From an uncultured Hyphomicrobiales bacterium (GTDB lineage Bacteria > Pseudomonadota > Alphaproteobacteria > Reyranellales > JAQSWP01): a stretch of 64,000 nucleotides of DNA. The stretch covers positions 10,001 to 74,000 of the forward strand of contig CAYLYK010000006.1 of assembly GCA_964388115.1 (NCBI GenBank). Direction: 5' to 3'. Shown here piece by piece: positions 49,710 through 58,190 of this stretch (position 1 is the first letter of the stretch; each line of letters begins with the position of its first letter). The position numbers and the translations under genes are program-made. The notes under the pieces were generated by a model that did no database searches, was not told the DNA's origin, and saw only the letters and a program-made list of their open reading frames with translations.

Positions 49710-50066
49710 ATGACCATCGGCACACGTATCTTCACCTGGCTGCGCGGCCAACATGTCGGCGCCGACCAGTTCGGCAATCAGTATTACCAGGATCGCAAGC
49801 CGGTGAAGGGCCAGCGTCGCAAGCGTTGGGTCATGTACAACGGCGAGGTCGAAGCCTCGCGCGTACCGCCCGACTGGCATGGCTGGCTGCATCACACGGT
49901 GGACACGCCGCCGCCGGCGGAGGGCCTGCCGCGCCGCGACTGGCAGAAGGACCATGTGCCGAATCTGACAGGAACGGCCGAGGCTTATCGTCCGCCGGGC
50001 CACGTGCTTTCCGGCGGTCGTCGCGACAAGGCAACGGGCGATTACGAGCCCTGGAAGCCCAACTGA
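49710..50066 (+). CDS. NADH:ubiquinone oxidoreductase subunit NDUFA12-family protein
   Basis: 118 aa from ATG 49710. FTWLRGQHVGADQFGNQYYQDR...RWVMYNG...ASRVPPDWHGWLHHT matches the NDUFA12/B17.2 signature. Confidence 0.88.
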   Translation: MTIGTRIFTWLRGQHVGADQFGNQYYQDRKPVKGQRRKRWVMYNGEVEASRVPPDWHGWLHHTVDTPPPAEGLPRRDWQKDHVPNLTGTAEAYRPPGHVLSGGRRDKATGDYEPWKPN

Positions 50067-50073
50067 TCGCGTT

Positions 50074-51081
50074 TTATTCGATCGTTACCGAATAGGTCTT
50101 GTCGTACAGCGTGGCGCTGTTGTCGCCGCGTGCGATCTTCAGGCGCGCCGAATATTTGCCCGGCGGAAGCGGCGCCGGCAGGTTGAGTTTTCCGGTTCGG
50201 AAGGCATAAGGCAGATCGCTCTCCCAGGTGAGTTCGGCAGGCGCGCGCCAGCTGCCGTCGGGCAGGCCCCATTGCAAGGAGACGCTGTCGTTGCGCGCCA
50301 GTCCGTACAGCTCCATCCAAAGAAAGAGTGCCGGCGGCGATCGCGATGGTGCGAGTTCGGCAGCGCGTCCATAGACCGCCTCCGCCCGGGTGAGCTCGCG
50401 CGTGGCGAAGCCCAATCGGGCGACCGCCGGCGCATAGGCCAGCCGCGCCATCGCCGATTTTGTCCACAGGCTTTGCGCCGATGCGCCGCATTCGCCGCTG
50501 TCGCTGGCATCGAACGGATCGACGACGAGCTCGCGATTGCGCCGCAGCTCGAAATGCAGATGCGGGAAATTCGTATCGCCTGACAGGCCGACCAATCCCA
50601 GCTTCGTGCCGGCCGCTACCGTCTGTCCTTGCTGTACCGCGATGCTGCCTTTGCGCAGGTGCCAGTAATAGGTCTCCCAGCCGCCGTCGTGAGCGATGAC
50701 CACCTGATTGCCGCCGGCGCGGCCCTGAACCTTGTCGCGGCCCAGCACGACCACGTCGATGTCGTCCATGCCATCGCGAATCGCGACGACTTTTCCCGGC
50801 GCCGCGGCCAGCACCGGAATGCCGGCATCGAAATCCTCTCTGGCGAACACCCTGAAATCGGTGCCGCGATGGGTATCGTAGGACAGCCGGCCGCAGCGGA
50901 AATCGCCGACTTCCGGTCCCTGTCGTCGATCGACGTGGAATTGCACGGCGCAGCGGTCGGGCAGGGCGCAGTCGATCGGCAGGTCCAGCGCAAAGGGTGG
51001 CGCTTGCGCGGCGGACTGAGGCGGTATTCCGCCAAGCAGCAGGGCGGAGATGGCGAGAACGAGCGGGTCGCTGCGCTTCAT
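50074..51081 (-). CDS. M23 family metallopeptidase (secreted)
   Basis: 335 aa with a signal peptide. Zn ligand motifs HRGTDF and HLHFELR. Confidence 0.9.
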   Translation of the reverse strand: MKRSDPLVLAISALLLGGIPPQSAAQAPPFALDLPIDCALPDRCAVQFHVDRRQGPEVGDFRCGRLSYDTHRGTDFRVFAREDFDAGIPVLAAAPGKVVAIRDGMDDIDVVVLGRDKVQGRAGGNQVVIAHDGGWETYYWHLRKGSIAVQQGQTVAAGTKLGLVGLSGDTNFPHLHFELRRNRELVVDPFDASDSGECGASAQSLWTKSAMARLAYAPAVARLGFATRELTRAEAVYGRAAELAPSRSPPALFLWMELYGLARNDSVSLQWGLPDGSWRAPAELTWESDLPYAFRTGKLNLPAPLPPGKYSARLKIARGDNSATLYDKTYSVTIE

Positions 51082-51184
51082 GAGCTCAGCTTGGGGGCAT
51101 CAGTGCGCGAATTCAACCCGGGGGCCAGCGCTTGCGCCCGGATACGCCGATGATTACCCTGCGCCCGCAACCAGTGGAGGCCCT

Positions 51185-51676
51185 ATGAACCGCAGTGTCG
51201 TGGAAACGCTTATCGGCGCGATCGTGCTGGTCGTGGCGGCGCTGTTTCTCGGCTATGCCTTCCGCGCCGTCGACGCCTCGACCTCGACCGGCTACGAGGT
51301 CATTGCCCGCTTCGATCGGGTCGACGGGCTGAAGAAGGGCGCCGACGTCACCATTGGCGGCATCAAGATCGGCACCGTTACCGACCAGAAGCTCGACCCC
51401 AAGACCTTCCAGGCCATCGTCCGCCTGAGCATCGCCAATGATATCCAGCTGCCTCTCGATACCTCGGCCAAGCTGGTCAGCGAATCGCTGCTCGGCGGGC
51501 TGTCGCTGACCCTGGAACCCGGCGGCAACGAAAAGAACATCCCGCCCGGCGGCGAAATCGCCCGCACCCAGGGCGCCGTCAATCTGATGGATCTGATCGG
51601 CCAGGCGATATTCTCGCCCAAGCCCAGCGAGCCCGCGCCGCAGCCGGGCCTCCCGCCCGCACCGCCCAAGCAATAG
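51185..51676 (+). CDS. mlaD: Outer-membrane lipid asymmetry maintenance protein MlaD (MCE domain)
   Basis: 163 aa from ATG 51185. N-terminal TM, MCE core ARFDRVDGLKKGADVTIGGIKIGTV, and a Pro-rich tail. Confidence 0.85.
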   Translation: MNRSVVETLIGAIVLVVAALFLGYAFRAVDASTSTGYEVIARFDRVDGLKKGADVTIGGIKIGTVTDQKLDPKTFQAIVRLSIANDIQLPLDTSAKLVSESLLGGLSLTLEPGGNEKNIPPGGEIARTQGAVNLMDLIGQAIFSPKPSEPAPQPGLPPAPPKQ

Positions 51677-51718
51677 GGCCGCCTTGGTCGTAAGCCGGCC
51701 GGCGTGCTAAGTCAGGCC

Positions 51719-51955
51719 ATGGTCAAGACCGACAAATTCGCCCCGCCCCAGTGGCAGGGCCCGGACGGCAAGCCCGTTTCCTGCCTCGAAAAGATCAAGG
51801 TTCTGAACCAGAATCTCGACGAGATCAGGCAGTTGTGCGCCGATGCGGTCGAGGACGCCGTCCTGATGGGATGCGATCCGGAACAAGTCCGCACTGTGCT
51901 GCGTCATCTCGTCGAATCGCTGGAGCAGCCTGTCGCTGGCCAGCCCAAAAAGTAG
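51719..51955 (+). CDS. Hypothetical small protein
   Basis: 78 aa from ATG 51719 (GTG 51704 is also possible). No motif recognised. Coding call rests on ORF length, position and codon usage only. Confidence 0.5.
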   Translation: MVKTDKFAPPQWQGPDGKPVSCLEKIKVLNQNLDEIRQLCADAVEDAVLMGCDPEQVRTVLRHLVESLEQPVAGQPKK

Positions 51956-51961
51956 GTTCTC

Positions 51962-52399
51962 ATGCTCGTTCGTCTTTTCGCCGGCGTTATTCTGTTGTCG
52001 GCAATCGCCTCTTCGGCCTTGGCGCAGGGCTCGACGGCGGCCGCACCGCCAGCCGCGCCGAAGCCGCCTGTCGTTATCACGGGCGCCGTGCTGCAGGGGC
52101 TCGACAAGCTGGTGGCGCGGGTGCACGAGATCGAGGCGCCCCTGAACAAGGAAACCCGCCTTGGCACGTTGAAGATCCTGGTGCGCCAATGCGTCGTCAG
52201 CCCGCCGGAAGCGCCGCCGGAAGCTTCGGCGTTTCTCGAAATCAGCGAGCAGCGCCCGGGCGAAGAAGTGCGCAAGGTCTTTGCCGGCTGGATGTTCGCC
52301 TCTTCGCCGGCACTGTCAGCGCTGGAACACCCTATCTATGATGTATGGGTGGTCGGCTGCAAAACCGCGGACTCCGCCGCGCCCGCCAAATCGCGCTGA
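51962..52399 (+). CDS. DUF2155 domain protein (secreted)
   Basis: 145 aa with a signal peptide. [11 protein letters not shown]...LGTLKI.VRQC...AFLEI...[25 protein letters not shown] matches the DUF2155 pattern. Confidence 0.8.
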   Translation: MLVRLFAGVILLSAIASSALAQGSTAAAPPAAPKPPVVITGAVLQGLDKLVARVHEIEAPLNKETRLGTLKILVRQCVVSPPEAPPEASAFLEISEQRPGEEVRKVFAGWMFASSPALSALEHPIYDVWVVGCKTADSAAPAKSR

Positions 52400-52986
52400 A
52401 AACTGGCATCGACTTTCAATGCTTTTGCCAGCCGGAGGCGATACTCGGCCCGGCTGATCTCGACCACGCCGAACTGGCGCAGATGCGCGGTCATGAACTG
52501 GCAGTCGAGCAGCACGTACCCCCCAAGCTTCAGCCGAGCCACCAGATGCACCAGCGCCACCTTGCTGGCGTCCGTCTCGCGGCTGAACATGCTTTCGCCG
52601 AAGAACGCCCCACCCAGCGATACCCCGTACAGCCCGCCGACCAATCGCCCGTCGCGCCAGGCTTCGACGCTATGCGCCTGGCCGCGATGGAAGAGGGCGG
52701 TATAGAGCTGCAGGATCGGCTCGTTGATCCAGCTTTCCGTGCGGCCTTCCGCCGGTTCGGCGCAGGCGCGCATGACGTCGGCAAAAGCCGTGTCGCAGCG
52801 GATGTCGAAGCGGTTGCTGCGCACGGTGCGCGCAAGGCGGCGGGAAAGGTGGAAGCCGTCGAGCGGCAGGATTGCGCGCTCTTCCGGGTCGATCCAATAC
52901 AGGGCCGGATCGTCGCGGCGCTCGGCCATGGGGAACAGGCCGACCGCGTAGGCTTGCAGCAGCAGGTCGGGACTTAGGCCCGCCAT
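52336..52986 (-). CDS. aat: Leucyl/phenylalanyl-tRNA--protein transferase
   Basis: 216 aa. [14 protein letters not shown]...[25 protein letters not shown]...[11 protein letters not shown] are canonical Aat motifs. Confidence 0.92.
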   Translation of the reverse strand: MAGLSPDLLLQAYAVGLFPMAERRDDPALYWIDPEERAILPLDGFHLSRRLARTVRSNRFDIRCDTAFADVMRACAEPAEGRTESWINEPILQLYTALFHRGQAHSVEAWRDGRLVGGLYGVSLGGAFFGESMFSRETDASKVALVHLVARLKLGGYVLLDCQFMTAHLRQFGVVEISRAEYRLRLAKALKVDASFQRDLAGAAESAVLQPTTHTS

Positions 52987-53010
52987 GACGAAAGTCTCAT
53001 CGCCAGCGCC

Positions 53011-54354
53011 TCACTTCTTCAGGCCGACGAAACGCTCCAGCCAGTTGATGTCGTAATTGCCGTTGATGAAATCGGGATGCGCGATCAGTTTCTGGTGCAG
53101 CGGGATCGTGGTGTCGATGCCGCCGATGACGTATTCCTCAAGGCTGCGGCGCAGGCGCATCAGGCATTCGTTGCGGCTGGTGCCGGAGACGATCAGCTTG
53201 GCGACCATGCTGTCGTAATAGGGGGGCATGGTGTAGCCGCTGTAGAGCGCGCTATCGACCCGTACGCCCAGGCCGCCGGGCGTGTGGTAGTCGGTGATCT
53301 TGCCGGGGCAGGGCACGAAGGTTTCGGGGTTCTCCGCATTGATGCGGCATTCGATGGCATGGCCGCGCAATACGATGTCGTCTTGCACCATGCCCAGAGG
53401 CGCGCCGGTGGCGACGCGGATCTGCTCGCGTACCAGGTCGAGACGGGTGATGGCCTCGGTTACCGGATGCTCGACCTGCAGGCGGGTGTTCATCTCGATG
53501 AAATAGAATTCGCCGTCCTGGAACAGGAATTCGACCGTGCCGACGCCGCGATAGCCCAGCGTGCGCATGGCGTCGGTCACCTGCTTGCCGATCTTGCGTC
53601 TTTGCGATTCGTTGAGCGCCGGCGAGGGCGCCTCTTCCAGCACCTTCTGGTGCCGCCGCTGCAGCGAGCAGTCGCGCTCGCCCAGGTGCACGACGTTGCC
53701 GTGATTGTCGGCCAGCACCTGGATTTCGATGTGGCGCGGATGGCCGAGATATTTCTCCAGATAGAGCGAATCATTGCCGAAGGCGGAACGGGCTTCCGAT
53801 TGCGCCAGGTTAAAAGCTTCTTCGGCGTGGTCGATGCTCTCGATCACCTTCATGCCGCGACCGCCGCCGCCGGCAACGGCTTTGACCAAAACCGGAAAGC
53901 CGATCTTGGCGCCCAGTTTCTTGACCTCGTCGACGCTGGACACGGAGCCGGATGAACCCGGCACCAGTGGCAGGCCGAGCTTCTCCGCCGTCTGCTTGGC
54001 GACGATCTTGTCGCCCATCATGCGGATATGTTCGGGCGTCGGGCCGATGAAGGTCAGGCCGTGGTCCTCGACCATCTCCGCGAACTTGGCGTTCTCCGAC
54101 AGGAAGCCGTAGCCGGGATGGATCGCGTTGGCGCCGGTGATGGTGGCGGCCGAGAGGATCGCCGCCATGTTGAGATAGCTTTGCGACGCCGGCGGCGGGC
54201 CGATGCAGACCGATTCGTCGGCCAGCCGCACATGCATGGCGTTGGCGTCGGCGGTCGAATGCACCGCCACCGTCTGAATGCCCATCTCGTGACAGGCGCG
54301 GTGGATGCGCAGCGCGATCTCGCCGCGATTGGCGATCAGAACCTTGTCGAACAT
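53011..54354 (-). CDS. accC: Acetyl-CoA carboxylase, biotin carboxylase subunit
   Basis: 447 aa. MFDKVLIANRGEIALRIHRACHEMGI..., ATP-grasp domain, and EMNTRLQVEHPVTE. Confidence 0.97.
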   Translation of the reverse strand: MFDKVLIANRGEIALRIHRACHEMGIQTVAVHSTADANAMHVRLADESVCIGPPPASQSYLNMAAILSAATITGANAIHPGYGFLSENAKFAEMVEDHGLTFIGPTPEHIRMMGDKIVAKQTAEKLGLPLVPGSSGSVSSVDEVKKLGAKIGFPVLVKAVAGGGGRGMKVIESIDHAEEAFNLAQSEARSAFGNDSLYLEKYLGHPRHIEIQVLADNHGNVVHLGERDCSLQRRHQKVLEEAPSPALNESQRRKIGKQVTDAMRTLGYRGVGTVEFLFQDGEFYFIEMNTRLQVEHPVTEAITRLDLVREQIRVATGAPLGMVQDDIVLRGHAIECRINAENPETFVPCPGKITDYHTPGGLGVRVDSALYSGYTMPPYYDSMVAKLIVSGTSRNECLMRLRRSLEEYVIGGIDTTIPLHQKLIAHPDFINGNYDINWLERFVGLKK

Positions 54355-54355
54355 G

Positions 54356-54805
54356 CTACTCGACGATCATCAGCGGTTCGCCGAATTCCACGGGCTGGCC
54401 ATCGGTGACGTTGATCTTCACGACCTTGCCGGCCTTGGGCGAGCGGATCGGGTTGAAGGTCTTCATGGCTTCGATGATCAGCAAGGTCTGGCCCGCGGCG
54501 ACGCTGTCGCCCAGCTTGATGAAGGGGGCGGCGCCGGGCTGCGAGGAAAGATAAGCGGTGCCGACCATCGGAGAGAGCACGGCGCCGGGATGCTTTGCGT
54601 CGTCGGCTGCCGGCGCGGACGCCGGAGCGGCTACCGCTGCTCCTGGCGCAGGGGCGGCGGCATAAGTCATGGGCGCCGCCACGCCATTGCGCGCCAGGCG
54701 CACGCGCTGGCCGCCGCTTTCGTATTCGATCTCGGCCAGGCCGGTGTCTTCCAGCAGCGCCGCCAGTTTCCGTACTGCATCTTCGTCGATTTCAAACTTT
54801 GCCAT
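54356..54805 (-). CDS. accB: Acetyl-CoA carboxylase, biotin carboxyl carrier protein
   Basis: 149 aa. Ala/Pro linker and biotinyl motif LLIIEAMKTFN. Confidence 0.93.
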   Translation of the reverse strand: MAKFEIDEDAVRKLAALLEDTGLAEIEYESGGQRVRLARNGVAAPMTYAAAPAPGAAVAAPASAPAADDAKHPGAVLSPMVGTAYLSSQPGAAPFIKLGDSVAAGQTLLIIEAMKTFNPIRSPKAGKVVKINVTDGQPVEFGEPLMIVE

Positions 54806-54808
54806 CGG

Positions 54809-55279
54809 CTATTTGCCCGTTTTGTTCAGCAGTTTCTTCATTGCCGCCAGGGCCAGAAGGTAGCCCTGGCTGCCCAGCCCGCAGATAACGCCCTGCGCGA
54901 TCAGGCTGACATAGGAATGGTGGCGGAAGGATTCCCGCCGGAAGATGTTGGACAGATGCACCTCGATCACCGGTTTCTCGGCGATCTGCAGCGCATCGAA
55001 TATGGCCACCGACGTATGGGTATAGGCGCCGGCGTTGATGATGATGCCCGAATTGCCCGTGCGCGCGGCATGGATGAACTCGACCAGCTCGCCTTCCTTG
55101 TTGCTCTGGCGGAACTCGACATCGAGGCCAAGGGCGGTGGCTTCCGCGCGGCAGGCGCGAATGACGTCGCCCAGCGTCTCCCGGCCATAGATTTCCGGCT
55201 GCCGTACGCCCAGCATGTTCAGGTTCGGGCCGTTCACGATCAGCACCGGCCGAACCACTTTGCCGCTCTTCTTAGCCAC
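54809..55279 (-). CDS. aroQ: Type II 3-dehydroquinate dehydratase
   Basis: 156 aa. VNGPNLNMLGVRQPEIYG and INAGAYTHTSVA signatures. Classical aroQ-accB-accC order. Confidence 0.95.
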   Translation of the reverse strand: MAKKSGKVVRPVLIVNGPNLNMLGVRQPEIYGRETLGDVIRACRAEATALGLDVEFRQSNKEGELVEFIHAARTGNSGIIINAGAYTHTSVAIFDALQIAEKPVIEVHLSNIFRRESFRHHSYVSLIAQGVICGLGSQGYLLALAAMKKLLNKTGK

Positions 55280-55377
55280 GGCGTTTCCTTTAATCCCGTC
55301 TCAGGCAGGCGCCGTTATACCATGGTGCCGATAGCAGGCAACCTTTTGACGGAACAGCCGTTTTTGCCGATTCCCCG

Positions 55378-55851
55378 CTAAGCGCCGTTAAGCAATCTCT
55401 TCAACAGAGAATCAAGGGCCGCCTTTTCCTCGGCGGTCAGGGATTCGAGAAGCCGACGCTCGTATTCCAGCGCCATCGGCACGATCTCATTATGAATGGC
55501 GCGGCCACGCTTGGAGAGACGCAACGCCGATCGCCGGCGATCGCGATTGTCGACGGTGCGCTCGACCAGGCCCCGCCGTAGCATCGCCTGCACGGCGCGG
55601 CTGACGGCCACCTTATCCATGACGGTGCGGTCGCAGACCTCGTTGGCCGAAATCGGCTCGTAGCGGCCCAGCACGGCCATCACCCGCCATTGCGGCACCG
55701 AAAGGTCGAAGCGGCTGGCGTAGATTTTGGACAAACCGCCGCTAACTGTTTGAGTTACAACGGAAAGCCGATAGGGAAGGAAGTTTTCCAACGCAAAGGC
55801 CGAGACGGCGTTATCCACCGGAGAAGAGGCGTTGGATTGATTTTTGCTCAT
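55378..55851 (-). CDS. MarR family transcriptional regulator
   Basis: 157 aa with a winged-helix region (LSVPQWRVMAVLGRYEPISANEVCDRTVMDKVAVSRAVQAMLRRGLVER). Divergent from hppD. Confidence 0.88.
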   Translation of the reverse strand: MSKNQSNASSPVDNAVSAFALENFLPYRLSVVTQTVSGGLSKIYASRFDLSVPQWRVMAVLGRYEPISANEVCDRTVMDKVAVSRAVQAMLRRGLVERTVDNRDRRRSALRLSKRGRAIHNEIVPMALEYERRLLESLTAEEKAALDSLLKRLLNGA

Positions 55852-55858
55852 AACATTG

Positions 55859-55872
55859 GTTACATATGAAAC
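55859..55872. promoter_or_regulatory. Near-palindrome GTTACAT-ATGAAAC in the marR/hppD intergenic region
   Basis: 7+7 inverted repeat with one mismatch, 8 nt upstream of the marR start. Confidence 0.3.
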
Positions 55873-55891
55873 TAATTTCAGGTCTTGGGCG

Positions 55892-55906
55892 ATACTGTTT
55901 CAGTAT
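55892..55906. promoter_or_regulatory. Perfect palindrome ATACTG-TTT-CAGTAT, candidate MarR operator
   Basis: 6-3-6 inverted repeat 40 nt upstream of the hppD ATG. It overlaps a TATAGA -10-like hexamer. Confidence 0.4.
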
Positions 55907-55945
55907 AGAGCGCTAGGCTGATCAACAACACCCCCGGAGGGCTCC

Positions 55946-57037
55946 ATGGCAAGCGTCACGCCTCCTATTGCATCCCCGTTCGGCGTCGAAAATCCGATGG
56001 GCACCGATGGCTTCGAGTTCATCGAATACACCGCTCCCGACCCGCAAGCCCTGGGGCGGCTGTTCGAATCGATGGGCTTCGTTGCCGTCGCCAAACACCG
56101 CTCCAAGCGCGTCACGCTCTATCGCCAGGGCGGCGTCAATTTCATCGTCAATGCCGAGCCGGAGAGTTTCGCCCAAAGCTTTGCCCGCATTCACGGCCCC
56201 AGCGTCTGCGCCATCGCCTTCCGGGTGCGCGACGCCGCCAAGGCCTACAAGCGCGCCGTCGAACTGGGCGCCTGGGGTGTGCAGGGCAAGGTCGGGCCGA
56301 TGGAGCTCAACATTCCGGCCATCAAGGGCATTGGCGACAGCTTGATCTATCTGGTCGACCGTTACGGCGACAAAGGCACGATCTACGACGTCGATTTCGA
56401 GCCGATCGACGGGGTAGACCAGAATCCCAAGGGCGTCGGCTTCACCTATGTCGATCACCTCACGCACAACGTTCATCGCGGGCGCATGGCGGAGTGGGCC
56501 GAGTTCTACGAGCGGCTGTTCAATTTCCGCGAGATCAAGTATTTCGATATCGAGGGCAAGCTCACCGGCCTGAAGTCGAAGGCCATGACCAGCCCCTGCG
56601 GCAAGATCCGCATCCCGATCAACGAAAGCTCCGACGACAAATCGCAGATCGCCGAATACCTCTCGGCCTATCACGGCGAAGGCATCCAGCACATCGCGTT
56701 GGGCTCTAATGACATCTATGGCACGGTCGAAGCTCTGGCGGCGCGGCAAGTGCCGTTCCAGACGGTGCCCGACACCTATTACGAACAGATCGACGCGCGG
56801 CTGCCGGGTCATGGCGAGGACGTGAAACGCCTGCAGAAGAACCGCATCCTGATCGATGGCGCGCCGACCGAGGGTGGCGGGTTGCTGCTGCAGATCTTCA
56901 CCAACACGGTGATCGGTCCGATTTTCTTTGAGATCATCCAGCGCAAGGGCGACGAAGGCTTCGGCGAGGGCAATTTCCGGGCGCTGTTCGAATCGATCGA
57001 GCTCGACCAGATCCGCCGCGGCGTGTTGAAGGCCTAA
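55946..57037 (+). CDS. hppD: 4-hydroxyphenylpyruvate dioxygenase
   Basis: 363 aa. FEFIEYTAPDP..., GIQHIALGSNDI and FFEIIQRKGDEGFGEGNFRALFESIE are HPPD signatures. Confidence 0.95.
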   Translation: MASVTPPIASPFGVENPMGTDGFEFIEYTAPDPQALGRLFESMGFVAVAKHRSKRVTLYRQGGVNFIVNAEPESFAQSFARIHGPSVCAIAFRVRDAAKAYKRAVELGAWGVQGKVGPMELNIPAIKGIGDSLIYLVDRYGDKGTIYDVDFEPIDGVDQNPKGVGFTYVDHLTHNVHRGRMAEWAEFYERLFNFREIKYFDIEGKLTGLKSKAMTSPCGKIRIPINESSDDKSQIAEYLSAYHGEGIQHIALGSNDIYGTVEALAARQVPFQTVPDTYYEQIDARLPGHGEDVKRLQKNRILIDGAPTEGGGLLLQIFTNTVIGPIFFEIIQRKGDEGFGEGNFRALFESIELDQIRRGVLKA

Positions 57038-57047
57038 GGAGGGAACC

Positions 57048-58190
57048 ATGAAAAACTGGATCACATTCCCGCAGGTGCAAGGCATGGCATCGCGCCAGGC
57101 CCATACGAAGCTGCCGGAAGGCACCTACGAGCGCGAACTGGGCAAGGAGGGCTTCTTCGGCCCCGCGACGCAGATGCACCATCGCCATCCGCCGACCGGC
57201 TGGGTCGACTGGCAGGGGCCGCTGAAGCCGCGCGCTTTCGATCTGGTGAAGGTGAACGAAGCGCAATCTTCTCCGTGGAAAGCCGCTTCCATTCTGTCCA
57301 ATGCCCATACCAAGGTCCGCTTCTGGCGGCCAGACGGGGCGATGGACCACTTGGTGCGCAATGGCGATGGCGACGAATTGCTGTTCGTGCACGAAGGGCA
57401 GGGCGAGCTGTTCTGCGACTATGGCCGGCTGGAAATCCGTGACGGCGATTACGTAATGATCCCGCGCGGCACCATGTGGCGCATCACGCCAGCGGCGCCG
57501 ATGTCGATCATGATGATCGAGGCGACCAACGACAGCTATCGGCTGCCGGAGAAAGGCCTGGTCGGCCGCCATGCTATCTTCGATCCGGCGATGCTGGACT
57601 TGCCGCAGATCGACGACAAGTTCCGCGCCCAGCAGGACGAGAAGACCTGGAAGCTGCTGATCAAGCGGCGTGACGAGATCTCCACCGTGACCTACCCCTT
57701 CAATCCGCTCGACGCGGTGGGCTGGCATGGCGATCTGACGGTGGTACGCATCAACTGGCGCGACATTCGACCGCTGAACAGCCATCGCTATCACCTGCCG
57801 CCTTCAGCGCACACCACCTTTCTGGCCAATCGTTTCGTCGTCTGCACCTTCGTGCCGCGGCCGGCGGAGAGCGATCCGGATGCGCTCAAGCTGCCGTTCT
57901 TCCACAACAACGACGATTTCGACGAGGTGATCTTCTATCACCGCGGCAATTTCTTCAGCCGCGACAACATCCATCCCGGCATGATGACCATCCATCCCTG
58001 TGGCTTCACCCATGGCCCGCATCCCAAGGCGCTGGCCATGGCGATGCAGTCCAAGGGCGGACATATGCTGGATGAGGTGGCGGTGATGATCGATACGCGC
58101 GATGCGCTCGACATAGGCGCGGCCGCCAGCACGGTTGAATTCACTGGCTACGTCGATTCCTGGCAGCCGAAGAAGGAAGCGGCGGAATGA
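57048..58190 (+). CDS. hmgA: Homogentisate 1,2-dioxygenase family protein (short, about 380-aa form)
   Basis: Cupin-type enzyme. The spacing FH-x6-E...x28...THGPH reproduces the His/Glu/His metal triad of HGD (His to His = 36 residues, PHGP-like motif). It occupies the hmgA position between hppD and fah. Confidence 0.8.
   Translation: MKNWITFPQVQGMASRQAHTKLPEGTYERELGKEGFFGPATQMHHRHPPTGWVDWQGPLKPRAFDLVKVNEAQSSPWKAASILSNAHTKVRFWRPDGAMDHLVRNGDGDELLFVHEGQGELFCDYGRLEIRDGDYVMIPRGTMWRITPAAPMSIMMIEATNDSYRLPEKGLVGRHAIFDPAMLDLPQIDDKFRAQQDEKTWKLLIKRRDEISTVTYPFNPLDAVGWHGDLTVVRINWRDIRPLNSHRYHLPPSAHTTFLANRFVVCTFVPRPAESDPDALKLPFFHNNDDFDEVIFYHRGNFFSRDNIHPGMMTIHPCGFTHGPHPKALAMAMQSKGGHMLDEVAVMIDTRDALDIGAAASTVEFTGYVDSWQPKKEAAE

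Noticed and set aside
55320-55372. Small hairpin ACGG-AACAG-CCGT followed by TTTTT on the plus strand between aroQ and marR
   Set aside because: Both flanking genes are on the minus strand, where the T-run would precede the stem. The stem is only 4 bp.
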